Positions 8,716-9,800 of a DNA stretch of 9,800 bases are shown piece after piece. How positions within the stretch are numbered: position 1 is the stretch's first letter; every line of letters starts with the position of its first letter. Both the position numbers and the translations under genes were made by a program. Source of the DNA: Octopus sinensis (Eukaryota); NCBI RefSeq assembly GCF_006345805.1, contig NW_021827652.1:1-9800 (forward strand). Direction: 5' to 3'. The notes beneath the pieces are model-generated. The model worked only from the letters and a program-made list of their open reading frames with translations. It was not told the origin of the DNA and ran no database searches.

Positions 8716-9800
8716 TGGACACAATCTAGCAAATACTGGTTAGACTATACTTCACTGACGAGTTCAAATAAGACTGATATATATATATATTTGGATTTGC
8801 CAACATATGGAGATTAACTTACTTTTTACTGCATGTCTGAATTCCATTTGTGGATATCAGAGTTATCACCCTTGCATCTCTTGACCAGAATTTATCATCA
8901 ACGCTAATGGGTTTTTTCTCCTCAGTACTGGTGTAGCTTGGTTAATAAAAAGCCGCTGGTCTCATTGTATTACACATTTTATTATCTCCTCACTTAACTA
9001 TAATTTTTTTTCACTCAAAAGGCACTCACAATGACTTGCAATCAGTCTTCTAAATATATTGAAATTCAATCACTCAGCTGTTTTACTGTTTCTCCATCCG
9101 CCTATCCTGCTATCGATAACAACAATAACAACACCAACAACTGCCCCAAATAGTTTTAAGACGAACTTTTGACACTCTCTTAATATAATTACTTCTTCCA
9201 ATTGTGGTGGCTCTAAATGCGCAGTAAAGTTGTGTGAGATTAGTATTGACACTTTATTAACGAAGCATTGTCGACCTTGTGACCCATTGATCCTTAAGTG
9301 GAGACGCAAAATTCTACAAAACTCTCTCAGACATTACAATCAGATGCCAAGATGGCGAAACAAGGTTAAAAAGGCTACGTTCGTTCTCAGCTCCACTCCC
9401 TTCTTATAAGTTTCGTGTGAACCTCAAATAATTGGCTAGCTTATTAATTTTAAGCGGTTACACGCGTCTAGAGCGACCTTTGATTTCCAGAATATGAATT
9501 TGCTTAATTCGATTCGATCCCTGAATGTTTCATTAGACTTAACGGAGGATTATGGAGAGAAAAAACCAGGTCGATTTCGAAATCTCTTTCATTTAGCTTC
9601 AATAATGACATGTCTGGGTGACAAGGTTTAAACGAAGTTAATTTCTTTTGACCCGCTAATTAATGATGTTTGTTTTTGTGTTTTTGCTGTTGTTTTTGTG
9701 GTTTTTCCAGTCCAACATTAAATTAGACAACACGCATTCACGAAACCGATTCCACAATTTCGCTAATTTGTCTCATCGATTATTTCTCATTGGAACTTTC

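Noticed and set aside
8760-9800. Possible host exon or regulatory region (ORF 9070-9309, TAAT-rich motifs)
   Set aside because: I found no recognisable protein similarity or supportable splice structure. Short AT-rich motifs are expected by chance.

Overview
Repeat-dominated eukaryotic non-coding DNA with no supportable host exon. The tRNA-headed SINEs and microsatellite load look like an Octopus genome (recognised from memory, not searched). The main feature is a (GATA/GACA)n microsatellite carrying two same-orientation, 5'-truncated copies of an L1/Tx1-type non-LTR retrotransposon. One copy is 2.9 kb (4524-7411) with a near-intact RT and Cys/His domain and a 17-bp target-site duplication (TSD) that includes a variant repeat unit. 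The other is a 0.46-kb 3' end (3997-4458). Both copies join the repeat in the same phase, which suggests a GATA-targeting LINE. The last ~50 nt of this LINE align (39/49 identities plus a 3-nt gap) to the tail of the first monomer of a dimeric SINE at 822-1226, suggesting a SINE/LINE partnership. The window also contains a hAT-type MITE, a second SINE, a possible Helitron-like element, a decayed Penelope-like remnant with a degenerate hammerhead-like motif, and decayed RTE-clade LINE fragments.
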